Shown piece by piece: positions 1 to 12,746 of a DNA stretch of 64,000 nucleotides (position 1 is its first letter; each line of letters starts with the position of its first letter). Location: assembly GCA_028534125.1 (NCBI GenBank), contig CM052816.1, forward strand, positions 60,080,001 through 60,144,000, read 5' to 3'. The translations under genes were made by a program, and so were the position numbers. The DNA comes from Lama glama (taxonomy: Eukaryota). The notes below the pieces were generated by a model. The model saw nothing but the letters and a program-made list of their open reading frames with translations. It made no database searches and was not told the DNA's origin.

Positions 1-471
1 TCTGGGACCATCCCCATTTCTCACATAGGAGAACCAGCAGAACTCTTGGTGCTGAATCATCACTGGACAAGGGATAGAGCTGCCCAGGGCAGGGCTTCAC
101 CAACAGCAGATGGGAGAAGAGCTGGCATGGTTCCTCTGCATGGATGCCTGATGGTGTGCACTGGAATGGCTGCAGGAAGGGCTGGCCCTATCTCAACTTT
201 CCAGAGCCCCCTCTAAGCTGACTACAACCTTACCTAAGGAGAATCTCAAGATCTAATCCTCAACTGGCCAATAGCTAAACCTTCTTTAAGACCAAGCCCA
301 ACCTTTTCACTTTCCTCACCCTGTCTGTGCGACTCCCTCCATCAATACTTCCACGTTTACAATCGTGGATCATCCACTTCTGTACCTTCTCTTCCAGAGT
401 GTTGATAGTATAAACTCTATGACCTACTCCCTCAGGATCTTTTGTTTCCATTTTTAAGAGTCCATTTTTGG

Positions 472-1024
472 CAATTCCACTTCTGGATATACACTCAAAA
501 GAACTGTAAGTGGGGGTTCAAACAGATATTTGTATACCCATGGTCATAGCTGCATTCTTCACAAGAGCCAAAAGGTAGAGGCAATCCCAGTTTGTCAACA
601 GATGAATGGATAAACAAAATGTGATATATATGTAAAATGGAGTATAATTTAGTCATAAAGAGGAATGAAGTCCTGACACATGCTACAACACGGATGACCC
701 CTGAAGACATTAAGTGAAATAAGCCAATCACAAAAGAACAAATATCGTGTGCTTCCATTTACACGAGCTACCTAGAGTATAAAAACTCATAGAGGTAAAA
801 AGTAGAACGGTGGCTGCCAGGGACTGAGAGGATGAGGGATGGAGAGTTATTGTATAAGGGGTATGCAATTTCAGTTTGGAAAGATGAAAAAGTTCTGGAG
901 ATGGATGGTGGTGATGGTTGTACAACACTGTGAATGTAATAATGTCTTTGAATTATACACTTAAAATGGTTAAAAAGATACATTTTATGGTATGTATATT
1001 TTATCACAATTATTTGGGAAAAAA
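472..1024 (+). mobile_element. Old L1 (L1MB-like) 3' end: ORF2 C-terminal remnant plus 3' UTR
   Basis: Typical L1M text (GCAATTCCACTTCTGGATATA..., GATGAATGGATAAACAAAATGTG, GAGATGGATGGTGGTGATGGTTGTACAAC) ending in an A-rich tail. Degenerate TSD TTAAGAGTCCATTTTTGG (454-471) / TTAAGAGTCTATATTTGG (1025-1042), 16/18 identical. Confidence 0.85.
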
Positions 1025-2039
1025 TTAAGAGTCTATATTTGGAAGCAAAATAAAACTAACCAAAAAATTAACCAAAATGTCACCTCTTTGGAGCATATGT
1101 GCTTTTTCCTTTTGAAACTGAACTTAGAAGTCACCTCTTAGGCCTCCCTTCACTTTTTCACTCCCCTGTTGTGCCTCAGCAGCTGCCCTCAAGTTACTAG
1201 TGACTCTCAGAGGCCTGGGAGGCGTGACATGGCTCGGAGAGATAGAGCATCCCTGCAGGCCCCAGGAGATGCCATCTTTCCTGTGTGTTTCTGCTGAGAT
1301 GATAAGTATTCACAGTGTGACATTCTGAGAAAGAATTACATAAAAGCAATTTTCCTCAGTACTATTTTTGGACCTTGCATGAGTCACTCCTTGCCTTCTG
1401 AAGTGCTTGCATCACCAATGAAGCCTTTCAATGCACAATACAGCAAGAAGCCTTCAAAACTCTACTGAGATGAATAAAAAAATTGCTTTTTCATTCTCAT
1501 GTTCATTCTGAAGGGTTAGAGACAAGTAGATGGAAGAATCAAACACTTACTCACTAGGTACTTTATCTATAAAGCCAAGCACCTGGGAAATACTAGCTCA
1601 ATTTACCTAGAACCCCCCAGGCATACCTCAGTAATGTTTAATGCCTTCAAGAGCTGATTGTGCCAGTAATGAGAAATAGAGTGACCCGCTCCCTAGAGGT
1701 AGGTCCAGTTCATGCTTTATGTAGAACTGGAAGCTTGTGTTGAGTATGACCAATGACGTTTATAACAACCACCTTTGTAACTGCTCTAAATTTGAAGGAC
1801 CTCAAGGTTGAAGGTCTCCTAAAACATCAATTCAAAAGACACCTTACATAGACTAGGATCCTAGTCCAAAAGGCTCTCATAGATGGTTTGTTCACGGAAC
1901 AGTTCACATCAAAGGATTTGAGCAAATTAATACCTGCCTTCCTTTCTATCTACCTTCCTGCTGAAATGAAATCAGCAAACATATGAGGCTGCTTTGAAAA
2001 GGATAAATCATTACCCAAACATGAAGAATTCTATCAGCT

Positions 2040-2140
2040 CCTTTTTTAAAAATGAGGAAACAGAGACACACCAAGACATCAAAGAGTGTGATACAAGCTG
2101 CTTTTAGTGACTTCAAGACCTTCGCTTTTCCTCCTCTACT
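2040..2140 (-). mobile_element. MIR SINE fragment
   Basis: TTTTAAAAATGAGGAAACAGAGACA resembles the reverse-complemented MIR core; highly diverged. Confidence 0.5.
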
Positions 2141-2559
2141 CCACTTACATTCTTCATCTCCCCAAACTCAACAGGCACCCACTTACTGAAAGGGACTTAG
2201 ATCCCTCGGTCTGTTCAATGAAGGGACACAAGACCAAGGCAACAAGTCAAAGGGAACTTCCTCCTTCTTCTGCAAATGATCCACGTAGCAGGAGAGCTCC
2301 TTATTTTGAAAGGAGCGATAATCCCTTTTTGAAGGGGACTTTGACTTCTAGTGATCTGCCCTAACAGTGGGCTGTTTCCTCCTTGCGTTCAGGTAGCTGC
2401 TATCTTAGTTACTGTTTTCTTATTCTTCCCTCTGGACAGTACTGTCACCAAGCAGAAAACCCCCTGAGGAGCCATTTCTGCCCCTGACAGCTAAGCTGTC
2501 CATCCCTCCTCCTCCCCCATTTCTGCTGACTTCTTAGCCTATCAGAGAAAGAGTCAATA

Positions 2560-2660
2560 CTAGAAATGCAGTCCAGTCCCAGAGAAGTTCAGTGACTTGC
2601 CTAAGGTCACACAGCTAATTAGTGACAAACCTAGTTAGTGACATACCTAGTTGGTAACAT
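2560..2660 (-). mobile_element. MIR SINE fragment with internal 16-bp tandem duplication
   Basis: AGAGAAGTTCAGTGACTTGCCTAAGGTCACACAGCTA is the MIR core. The unit TTAGTGACA(A/T)ACCTAG repeats at 2619-2634 and 2635-2650. Confidence 0.65.
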
Positions 2661-4688
2661 ATTTTTTTTCTCATCACTCCATCCTTTCCTTGTAGCTTTG
2701 TGCCTGGCATATGGTTATCACTCGACTCATAGCTGATGTAAAAAGTGAATGCTTTTCACATCTTACATGGAACCAATCATTCTGTTCCTAGATGGGAGGT
2801 GGGATAGGGAACAGAAAGGCAAACTACCCTTACAACAATTAATCTGTCCAGCAGGCAGAGGAACAGGCCTGCCTGGGGCTGAAGGACTGAGGGTGCACTC
2901 AATCTTCTGAGCACTGAAGGATGCCTTTCCTGCCACCTGCACATCTAGATGCGGTCGTGCTTTGTGTAGTTTGTGAGGAAGCTGTATGCCTTGCTCTTGG
3001 TCTTGTATGGGAAATTATGAAATTGCATGTGAGGGTGCGCGTGTGTGTGCATGGGTGCGTATGCTTGTGTTGGGGAGAGAGTGGGCAGACGTAAAAGCAT
3101 AATGACAGCCTCCTGCAGGTAGAGACAGCAGGTGATGTGAGAGAACAGGGGTGCCGGCCTACAGCTGCCATCCTGTGCCACTGAGTTCCTCTGTGGCAAG
3201 GTTAATGCTGCAGGAGGCATCATGCCCCATTTGCAGGTGAAAATGAAACTGAAGAACAAATTCATAGTTAATGCTATGACATCCCAAACCCCAATGATAC
3301 TCCCTCCCTGTGGGCTGGGAAAAATTGTGTTGCACTCCAGCATAGTGCTTCCTAGCCCAGAGGGAGGGCTCCACCTGTGAGTGGAGCCCAGAAAAGTCAC
3401 TTGCTTTGTGTTGAGAACGGCCCTGAACAGGTAACAACCATTAACCGCAAGAACAGCTCAGGGAGAGAATTTCTTTGGGGCTGCTGACCACTCCCTGGCC
3501 CTCAGGCGGCTCTGCTGGGCCTTGGACCCTGCTTCGTGTGTAAACTGGACAGACTGAGAGACAAGGGCGTGGTTGCCTGCTGAAGTTTTGCACGTGGCTG
3601 ATAAAACTTTTGAGCATTTCAGAGGCCATGTGTCATCTGAGGGAAGAATGACACTATCTATGCTTTTCAATCTAATTTACTCTAAACTGTACTTCGAAAT
3701 CCTTTCCAAGCTTCAGGGAATTAAAAAGGATATAACTATTGCCTTCTTTCTTCCTTTGCCAAAGAAAATCTGGGAGGGCCCAGTGCTGGTGCAGTCCTAT
3801 TCTCTGCCAAAAGGATGACAAAATGTCCTAAGCTTATCTCCCAGCTCTTTTGTAAGGACAGAATCAATGCAGACAAAGGCAAAAGGGACCCATTGTGACC
3901 TACTGTCACTCTTCTTATCCTATGTATTGACTTTTTATTTGAGGTCGTGGGGGTCTGAAATCCTCAGAGGAGAAGTAACAAAATTAAAAGTATGGCAAAG
4001 TTTGTTCAGATCAAAAGAAAACAGAAATTACAAGTTGTGGTTAAATTCTCACAAGGAAAGTTATCCAAAGAGCTTATTATGTTTTCAAGATAGAGTCAGG
4101 TCTGACACAGAGATGTTCAAAAATACTTCTTTCATTTAAAGCATCATAAAAGCAATATATCACAGTAAAAATGAAAAGACATCTGAGAAAAGGTTTCCTT
4201 CTATGCAGCAAAATGGACAAGACAAAGCTTTTAAGTGGGCTCCGCTGGGCACTCAACCTGGATGAAACAGACCTGCAGAGCCTCCAATGGCCCGTCAGCA
4301 TGTTGACACACAGTGACTTTTCACACTTCAAAATCTAAGTGACAAGGTTATCTCACGGAAACGACTACCATCCTCAGAACCAAGTCTCTTGGTACAGGTG
4401 GCCAAGGAGGAATATACAATAAGTATAAGAAAAATGGAGCTTGAAATAAAGAGGATGTTTGAACTGGAATTCATGGTTCTTTGAGGACTTTTCCATCATT
4501 AGTTCATTCCTACATCGGGTTGGGAGGGAATTAAGGGTGACTCCGGAGAGCTGATGAGAAAACCAAGGTTGAGGTACTGAAGGCCAGGTTGAGGGCTTCT
4601 GACCAAAGGCCAGACACTTAAGGCTAGAAGGAGCACCAAAGCTGTCTCTTCTTCCAAATTCTATGTGGCATCTGAAGATGCTCTAAGA

Positions 4689-5008
4689 CAAGGTTCCATA
4701 TCTACAGCCCTGGGCCAAATCCACGCTCTGCTGTCTCTTTAATTTAGGACGGCCTATAAGCCAAGAATGGTTTTTACATTTTTAAATAAAGAATATTTTA
4801 CATATAAAAACTACATGAAACTCAAGTGTTCCAGTGTCCATAAATAAAGTTTGATTGGAACACGGTCCCCCCTGGTCATTTACATACTGTCTGTAGCTGA
4901 GTTTCATGCTGCAACAGCAGAGTTGAGTAGTTGCAACAGAAACCTTACAGGCCACGAAGTCTAAGGTATTTACTCTCTGGTCCTTTAAAGAAAAATTGCC
5001 CATCTCTC
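4689..5008. mobile_element. MER58B-like hAT-Charlie non-autonomous DNA transposon
   Basis: GCCAAGAATGGTTTTTACATTTTTAAA, CAGTGTCCATAAATAAAGTTTGATTGGAACAC, GCAGAGTTGAGTAGTTGCAACAGA and TATTTACTCTCTGGTCCTTTA match remembered MER58 blocks. Confidence 0.75.
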
Positions 5009-6182
5009 TCTAATATCACAGAGGGAAAGTGGGAAGAACAGGGAGCATTTTGGGTGCTTCTGCCAGCATTAGGAGGAAAGAAGCTTCTTTTCCCCCATTG
5101 AAGACACACCTTTACCAAGGAGGAGAACTCAGAGGTCAAGGTGCTCTTGGATGCTGAGGCCCAAGATCAGCTACTCTGTCACAGGATTCTGAACCCTCTG
5201 ATCATTTCCAAGGCAGCCATTAAAGTAAATGATCTGTGCGTTTTCAGCTCCTGCACTCAAGTTGCTTGGGCCCCCCTATTATCTTATGGCAAATAACAGA
5301 CTGTAATCACACAAACATGTAATCACATCAGCTAAACACTGAGGAGAGAAAAAGAGGCAAATGGGCTCCCAGTTTGGGGCACTGGGCTGTATAATCTGTC
5401 AGACATTCCATACACACCCAGGGGCAGAACTCTGGACTTGCTTGTTGATAAAAGGACTTCCCCAAGATGAAAATTACTTGGATGGAAGGTTTTAATTCTG
5501 TCTCGTTCTTACATATTCAGATTGAGAGTCAAGCAATTCCGAACTTTGGGGTAGCTGGCATTTACCCATTGACTGTCCCACCGAGCTTTGCACCCAAGCA
5601 TTTAGTGCTTCCTGGAGCCCAGAGAATGTTGTCCCACTTGGGAGAGAGAGAGGGAAGATAATGTGGGATTGTTTGCCAACAAGTTTGATTCATCCCTTTG
5701 TTGAAATGAATTTAAAAAGCTGCTGCCTCTGTGTGCTGTGAAGTCAGCACAATTGGCATTGTTTACAGCCCCATTTGTTGTGGCTGCTTTATATGCACAG
5801 ATTTGGCGAGTGGAGAGATTTCGATATTAAAGTCATTCCTCTGAGTGCTTGCTGGTTGGTTCTCCAGTAGCACCAATCTTTTCCTGCCATGCTCCTGGAC
5901 TTGACAGCCCAGCCTGGAATGATTTCAGGGTCGGGTAGCATACAGGCCAGCCAGTGCCTTGAGTCTAAAGATGAACAGGCATCTTGAGATAGAGGGAAAA
6001 TGCCAAAGAAGCACTCTGACACAGAGGACACAGGCTGACAGAGTTCTAGCTTACGGCATGAATTTTTCCAACAAAAAGTGTTCTAAAAATCCAATCTGCG
6101 CCTTGGAAATGCCTGAATTCCAAGTCCCAAATAAAAAAGTTTTGGAACTCTTTAGGAAGGAAGGAGGGGAGGGAAGCAATGA

Positions 6183-6742
6183 GTGATGGCTTTTGACATG
6201 TCAAATTGGCGAGGCTCAACTACAAGGACAGAAGGGAAAGGAGCAGCCATTTCGCAGCAAATGCACACCTTTTCCCAGTTATGCAATCAAACACTAATCT
6301 AGAGGGTGAGGGTACAGTTCAGAGGTAGAGTGCATGCTTGGTGCACACAAAGTCCTAGATTCAATTTTTAAAGAATCCATTAATCTAAGCTCTGCTATGA
6401 AGGGATTTTGTGGATCTAATTAAAGTCCTTAATCAACTTTAAATAAATTATCTTGGTAGGCTTGACTTCACCAGTGGATGCGCTTTAAAGGGGGCGTGGG
6501 CATTCCCTGAGCCGCACCCCAATGGCATCTGGGTGTTCAAGTGTTCTCCCCCTCACTGGAAATTCCATTCCTGCCTGCCTGTCACAGCTTCAGCCCATGA
6601 CTTTGGCGTCCCCACCTGCTCTTGATCTTCCCTCCTAGATCAACCTGCCCAACGATTTCAGCTCCTACCATCATGTAGGCCGATTCCTTGTAATAGCTGT
6701 CTTCCCCCGGTTCTGCTTCTCTGGTCGAACCTGACTCACCCA
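6183..6742 (+). mobile_element. MLT2 (ERVL) solo LTR, MLT2E/F-like, interrupted by a short SINE
   Basis: Starts GTGATGGCTTTTGACATGTCAAATTGGC, contains CCCAGTTATGCAATCAAACACTAATCTAG and ends GGTTCTGCTTCTCTGGTCGAACCTGACT. Confidence 0.75.
6304..6372 (+). mobile_element. Truncated, diverged camelid tRNA-derived SINE (Vic-1-like) nested in MLT2
   Basis: GGGTGAGGGTACAGTTCAGAGGTAGAGTGCATGCTTGGTGCACACAAAGTCCTAGATTCAAT aligns with the 5' half of the SINE at 11633. CA(C/T)TAATCTA lies on both flanks. Confidence 0.65.
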
Positions 6743-8936
6743 GAGGATAGGCTAGTCTAGCTGTGCAAATCAGGATAAGATCACAGGCTCACAAAAGTAT
6801 AAAGTCCACCAGCACAGTTGTTCTCAATTTTTTTCCATCCCCACCCCTAACCCCACCTAAGGGATGTGTCACTTTTCTATATGAACTATGGCCATTTCTA
6901 TATAATCACTCAGGCCATGATTTTCAATGAGGGAGTTAGTAGGGGACCACAGCAGAAAAGCTCTGAGAATATGTAGTCTACAAAGCCTCCAGGAGGTTCT
7001 TCCACCCTCCCCCGACACCTCAGGGGAGAATCTCAGCAGCCAAGGGCCTTTGGGAGGTGGGCAGGGGCACTATGGTCTCATTTCTTTCATTGATAACATG
7101 TGTACCCGAAAGTATATCTAGGTGGTAGAATCCAGGCCTGGCAATGATGGAGGGGTCACCCCACCAGATCCAGATTCAACACAAGCTTTTCTCTATTCTC
7201 CCAACTTCCAGCACCTGAGCAGGAATGATTAGGCCTGACCAGGGCACTTTTTGTCAGTTTGCACACTCCTTATCTACTCAGTGAATCAAGTAAGAAAACT
7301 TTTTTTTCAGTATTTAGATGATCTGGGTCTCACCACTCCCACCTGGCCTTTGGGAAGAGTCAGAGGAGAGTACAGGTTTGCATGGTGGGGTAGGGGGTGT
7401 CTGGCCTTCAACACTAGCCCATCCAGGGACCCACAGGTTCCCTAGGGAAGGATGCAGAGGACCCCTCAATGGTAGAAGAGGATAGAAGAAGGGGAGGGGT
7501 GGGCAAGAATAGAGAAGAGTGCGAGCCCGCTTTCTTTCAGCCTCCCCATCGAATTTCCAGAATCTTCACCCAGGGAGGCCTGAGAATCCTGGTGGGAGTC
7601 CCTGAGACTACAAGTTCTTGTGTTTGGTTTTATGTTTATGCAGGATACAGACAGATCAACAGGCCTTGGAAACACAACTTAGGAAGTTTCTGCTTGTTGT
7701 TTACCCCAGAAATGACCGGGAAGAAGTTGACACACAAGTAGTTTGTTTTTAATGATTCACTGCTTTAAAATCTTATGTCTGAGAAGACATGGCACACACA
7801 CAGTCCCTATGAAAATCAGTTAAGCCTGTGGTTCTGCCTCAGAGCAAGCACAGGACCTCAGCTGAAGGAGTCACCACTGAGAAGTGTCTCTCTTTCTCTT
7901 TCAGTATCCTTGCCCGGGTGACTTTGATGGGTTGGACTTGCTGCCTAACACATTAGTATTGCAGAAACAACATTTTCATGTTTTCTTTATGAAAATGCTT
8001 TCTTTTCTAGAATCTTTATCTTCAGCAAGAATTATTTCTTTCAGAATTAGACTATAGGATTGTATCAGTTTGGGAACAAACCTTTGGCTAAGACTAAAGA
8101 TTCTCACTTGGCTGAATCAAGTTTCTGGAAAGTGAAAAATTTTTTAGAAAGAAGGAAGAAAGAAAACATTTCAGACAAGGCATTCCTTTGTGTTTAGCTG
8201 ATTCAAAATCAACTTTATATCATATGAAAGAAAAATGAAATCATGTGAATACCATTCCTGAAAGGAGAGAAAACATTTTACCAATTAAAAATACATGTGT
8301 AAACATGTATTACACACACACCCCTATGTTTCAGGCTCACCAAAGCCAAAGTACATTCATACAACTAGACTTTTGCATCTTTCAAAACTAAATTACAGGC
8401 TCTATGTCTGTGATTAATACATTTTTGAACCAAAAATTAAGACACAATGTCTGACACACAACATTTGCAAAGGGAGAGAGGAGTTCCAGGAAATCCTAGA
8501 CACACAGTTGCTGTAATGACACCACATGCAGAATAGCACCAATTTGTAAAGTTCCTCTGTTACAAGAATTATGTTCCATATATTACTTACATTCCTTCTC
8601 CCTCAAGGACCTAGATTACTGGCCATGCAACAGAGCTCAATATTCTTGGATGCTACTTTATGGTTTACAAAATATTTTTACCTTTCTTGTTTCATTTAAT
8701 CATTAAAAGTACCTTGAAGTGAAATCAATGATTCAATTATGACCAGACTCATTTTACTGAAAGTACTAAAATTCCCACCTTGCAACTATAGAGAAAGGGG
8801 CTCAATGCCAAAAGTCATACAAATAAATAGTAAATGGCAGAGCTGAGACTCTTAAACACTCACTGATTAATAAAGTGATCAATTAAAGGAACTGCTCTTT
8901 ATTACCTGTGTAATTAGCAAAGATAAGAATAGAACT

Positions 8937-10866
8937 ATCAGAAAACTACTAGAGCTTATCAATTAATCCAGTAAAGTTGCAGAACATAAAATTAATATAC
9001 AGAAATCATTTGCATTTCTATACACTAACAACAAAATATCAGAAAAAGAAATTAAGGAAACAATCCCATTTACTAGTGCATCACAAAGAATAAAATACCT
9101 AGGAATAAACCTACCTAAGGAGGCAAAGGACTTGTACTCCAAAAACTAAAAGACACTGATGAAAGAAATTGAAGACAACATAAACATACAGAAAGATATA
9201 CCATGTTCTGGACTGGAAGAATCAATGTTGTTAAAATGGCCACAGTACTCGAGGCAATATACAGAGTCAATGCAATCCCTATCAAATTACCAACGATATT
9301 TTTCACAGACCTGGAACAAAAAATTTTGAACTTGTAATAGAAACACAGAAGACCTCAAATAGCCAAAATAATCTTGAGAAAGAAGAATACAGCTGGAGGA
9401 ATCATACTCCCTGACTTCACACTATACTCCAAAGCTACAGTAATCAATACAGTAGGGAACTGGCACAAAAACAGACACATACGTAAATGAAACAGGACAG
9501 AAAGTCCAGAAATAAACCCATGCACTTATGGTCAATTAATCTATGACAAAGGAGGCAAGAATACATGATGGAGAAAAAACAGTCTCTTCAATAAGTGGTG
9601 CTAGGAAAACTGGACAGCTACATGTAAAAGAATGAAATTAGAACATTCTCTAACACCATATACAAAAATAAACTCAAAATGGATTAAAGACCTAAATGTA
9701 AGACCAGATACTATAAAACTCCTAGAGGAAAACACAGGCAGAACACTCTTTGATGTAAATTGCAGCAATATTTTTTTGAACCAGCTCCTAGAGTAGTGGA
9801 AATAAAAGGAAAAATAAACAAATGGGACCTAATTAAGCTTATAAGCTTTTGCACAGCAAAGGAAACCATAAACAAAACAAAAGACAACCTATGGCATGGG
9901 AGAAAATAATCGCAAATGACATGACAGACAAGGGACTAATTTCCAAAATATACAAACAGTTCATGCAGCTTAATATCAAAACAGACAAACAAACAAACCA
10001 ATTTAAAAGTGGGCAGAAGACCTAAATAGACATTCTCCAAAGAAGACATGCAGATGGCCAACAGGCACATGAAAAGATGCTTAATATCGTTAATTATAAG
10101 AGAAGCGCAAATCAAAACTACAAAGAGGTATCACCTCACACCAGTCAGAATGGCCATGATTCAAAAGTCTACAAATAGTAAATGCTGGAGATAGTGTGGA
10201 GAAAAAGGAACCCTTCTACACTGTTGGTGAAAATGTAAAGTGATGCAGCCACTATGGAGGACAGTATAAAGGTTCCTAAAAAACTAAAAACAGACTTACC
10301 ACATGATCCAGCAATCCCACTACTGGGCATATACCCAAAGAAAACTATAATCCTAAAAGACACATGCACACCAATGTTCATAGCAGCACTATTTACAATA
10401 GCCAAGACATGGAAACAAGCTAAATGTCTAATGTCCATCGACAAATGACTGGATAAGAAGATGTGGGATATATATACACATATATATATCATATAGCATA
10501 TGGCATCACTTATATGTGGAATCTAAAAAAAATGATACAAATTTTATTTACAATCCAAAAGCAGACTCACGGACATAGAAAACGAACAATGGTTACCAAA
10601 GGGAAAAGGACAGAGGAGGGATAAATTAAGAGTTTGGGATTAAAAGATACACATTACTATACATAAAATAGATAAACAACAAGGACCTACTGTATAGCAC
10701 AAGGAACTATATTCAATTTATTGTAATAACATAGAATGGAAAAGAATCTGAAAAAATATATATGTATATATATGTATGTATATGTATAACTGGATCACTT
10801 TGCTGTACACTGGAAAATTACATTGTAAATCAATTACATTTCAATAAAAAATAACATTAAAAAAAA
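8937..10866 (+). mobile_element. 5'-truncated L1 (artiodactyl/camelid type): ORF2 3' portion, 3' UTR and poly(A)
   Basis: Continuous L1 ORF2 homology, e.g. ORF 10254-10448 [23 protein letters not shown]...CTPMFIAALFTIAKTWKQ. Many stops and frameshifts. AATAAA plus A-tail at ~10843-10866. Possible TSD AAGAATAGAACT (8925-8936) / AAAAACAGAACT (10862-10873). Confidence 0.93.
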
Positions 10867-11632
10867 CAGAACTGAATGCCTGGTTGATGTGGTCATGTTG
10901 CTGAAACAAGGTCTTCGTATCCCAGGAATGAAAAGTTGGTTCAGCATTTGACAATCAATCCTATCAGCCAAGTAAGTAGAAAAAACCACATCATCATCTC
11001 AAGAGCTACAGAAACAGAAATATTCAACATCCATTCATAATAAAAACTCTTTGCAAACTAAGAATTGAAAGGAACTTCTTCATAGTGATAAAGGGTATCT
11101 ATGGAAAACCTACAGCTAATAACACACTTAATGTTGAAAGAATGAACGCTTTTCCGCGAAGGTTGAGAACAAAGCAAGAATGTCCACACTTACCAGTCCT
11201 TACTGTCTTCCTAGAGGTCCTAGGCAGCACACCAAGGCAACAAAAGAAATAAAAAGGCATTCAGATTGAAACAGAAGAAACTAAATTGCCTCTACATTCA
11301 GAAAATATGTATCTACGTAGAAAATCCTGAAGAATTTTTTAAAGGCTACTAGAATTAATCCATGAATTTAGCAAGATATCAGGATACAAGGCTAATTTTT
11401 TAAAATTATAATTTCTATATACAAAAAATGAACAACCATAAATTTAAATTTTAAGCAGATTTACAAGATCTAAATAAATGGAGATCTAAAATATGTTCAG
11501 AAATTGGAAGACTCAATACTGTTAAGAAGCCAATTCTCTCCAAGTTAATCTATAATTTCATTGCTAATCCAATGGAAATCCCACAAGGCTTTTTTGAAGA
11601 AAATGACAAGATGCTTCCAAAAGTATATAGCA

Positions 11633-11775
11633 GGGAGAGTAAAGCTCAGTGGTAGAGTGTATGCTTAGCATGCACAAGGTCCTGGGTTCAATCCCCAGTA
11701 CCTCCATTAAAAAAAAAAAACCTAATAAAATAAATAAATAGGCCTCATTACTTCCCCCGTCCAAAAAAACCAAAA
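11633..11775 (+). mobile_element. Full-length camelid tRNA-derived SINE (Vic-1-like)
   Basis: Pol III A-box AGCTCAGTGGTAGAG and B-box GGTTCAATCC, then ACCTCCATT, an A-rich tract, ATTACTTCCCCC and an A tail. TSD AAGTATATAG (11621-11630) / AACTATATAG (11781-11790). Confidence 0.85.
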
Positions 11776-11834
11776 CGTAGAACTATATAGAAAAGCAAAA
11801 CACCCAAAATACTTTTGAAAAATAAAAAGGTGGA

Positions 11835-12746
11835 TATTTAGAAAACCTCAAGTCCCTTCTTACATGTCTCCTTTACTCTCACACAACTACAACACTCATA
11901 ACACTCCTGACAGCACACCTGTGGGTTTTTGCTCACACCAAGCAATCCTTTGCAACAGCTGGGGGTCCTATAGTTCAACTCAATTCTGCCACTATCTACC
12001 TGGAGAAAGCATCAGATTCCACATGTTGAGGGCTCAGTCCCACAAGACTGCACCTCCCACCCTGTTCAGATGCTAATTACAAGTCCCAGATTGTCCCCTG
12101 TACTTCTAAACAACTAGCTAAAAGTCAGAGCTCCACCAAACTATTCCCTAGGTTCAGTAATTTGCTTAAATAGCTAACAAAACTCAGAGAAATGCATTTG
12201 CTAGTCTATTATAAAATATGATGAATGATATAGATGAGCATCCAGATGGAAGATATACAAAGAGTGAGGTATGTGGGAAGGGGCAGAGAGCTCCCATCCC
12301 CTTTCTGGGTGTGTTACTTTCTCAGCACCTCCACGTACAACCAAATTGGAAGCTCTCAGAGATTTCCATGGAGGCTTCTTCACATAGGCCTGATCAATCG
12401 TTAACTCCATTTCCAGCCTCTTTCCACTCTCTGGAAAGTGGGAGTGGGACTGAAAATTTCAAGCTTCTAATCATGGCTTGGTCTTTCTGGTGACCAGCCC
12501 CTATACAGAAGCCATCCAAAAGCTCACCCAGCGTCACTTCATTAGAACAAAAGACACTCTTATCACTCAGGAAATCATCAGGCTTCAGAAGCCATGTGTC
12601 AGGAACCAGAGTCAAAGACCAAATATTAATTAGAACAAGAACTGTTTCTGGTGCTCTTATCACTTATGAAATTACAAGGGTTTTAGGAGCCCTATGCCAG
12701 TATCTGGGGACAGAGAGCAATATACATTTTTTTCCTATTATTTCAC
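11835..12746 (-). mobile_element. MER21-like solo LTR
   Basis: The minus strand starts TGTGAAATAATAG, then AATATTTGGTCTTTGACTCTGGTTCCTGACAC and GGGGCTGGTCACCAGAAAGACCAAGCCATGATTAGAAG. The plus strand has CAATTCTGCCACTATCTACCTGGAG and GGGCTCAGTCCCACAAGACTG. Confidence 0.8.

Noticed and set aside
6942..6957. GGGGACCACAGCAGAA resembles the 5' end of the CPEB3 HDV-like ribozyme as I recall it
   Set aside because: Similarity stops after 16 nt. There is no P1 partner or downstream CTGCTG-type pairing strand, so this is a chance match.
11633..11705. tRNA gene
   Set aside because: The tRNA-like head continues into a SINE body, A-tail and TSD, so it is a retroposon.
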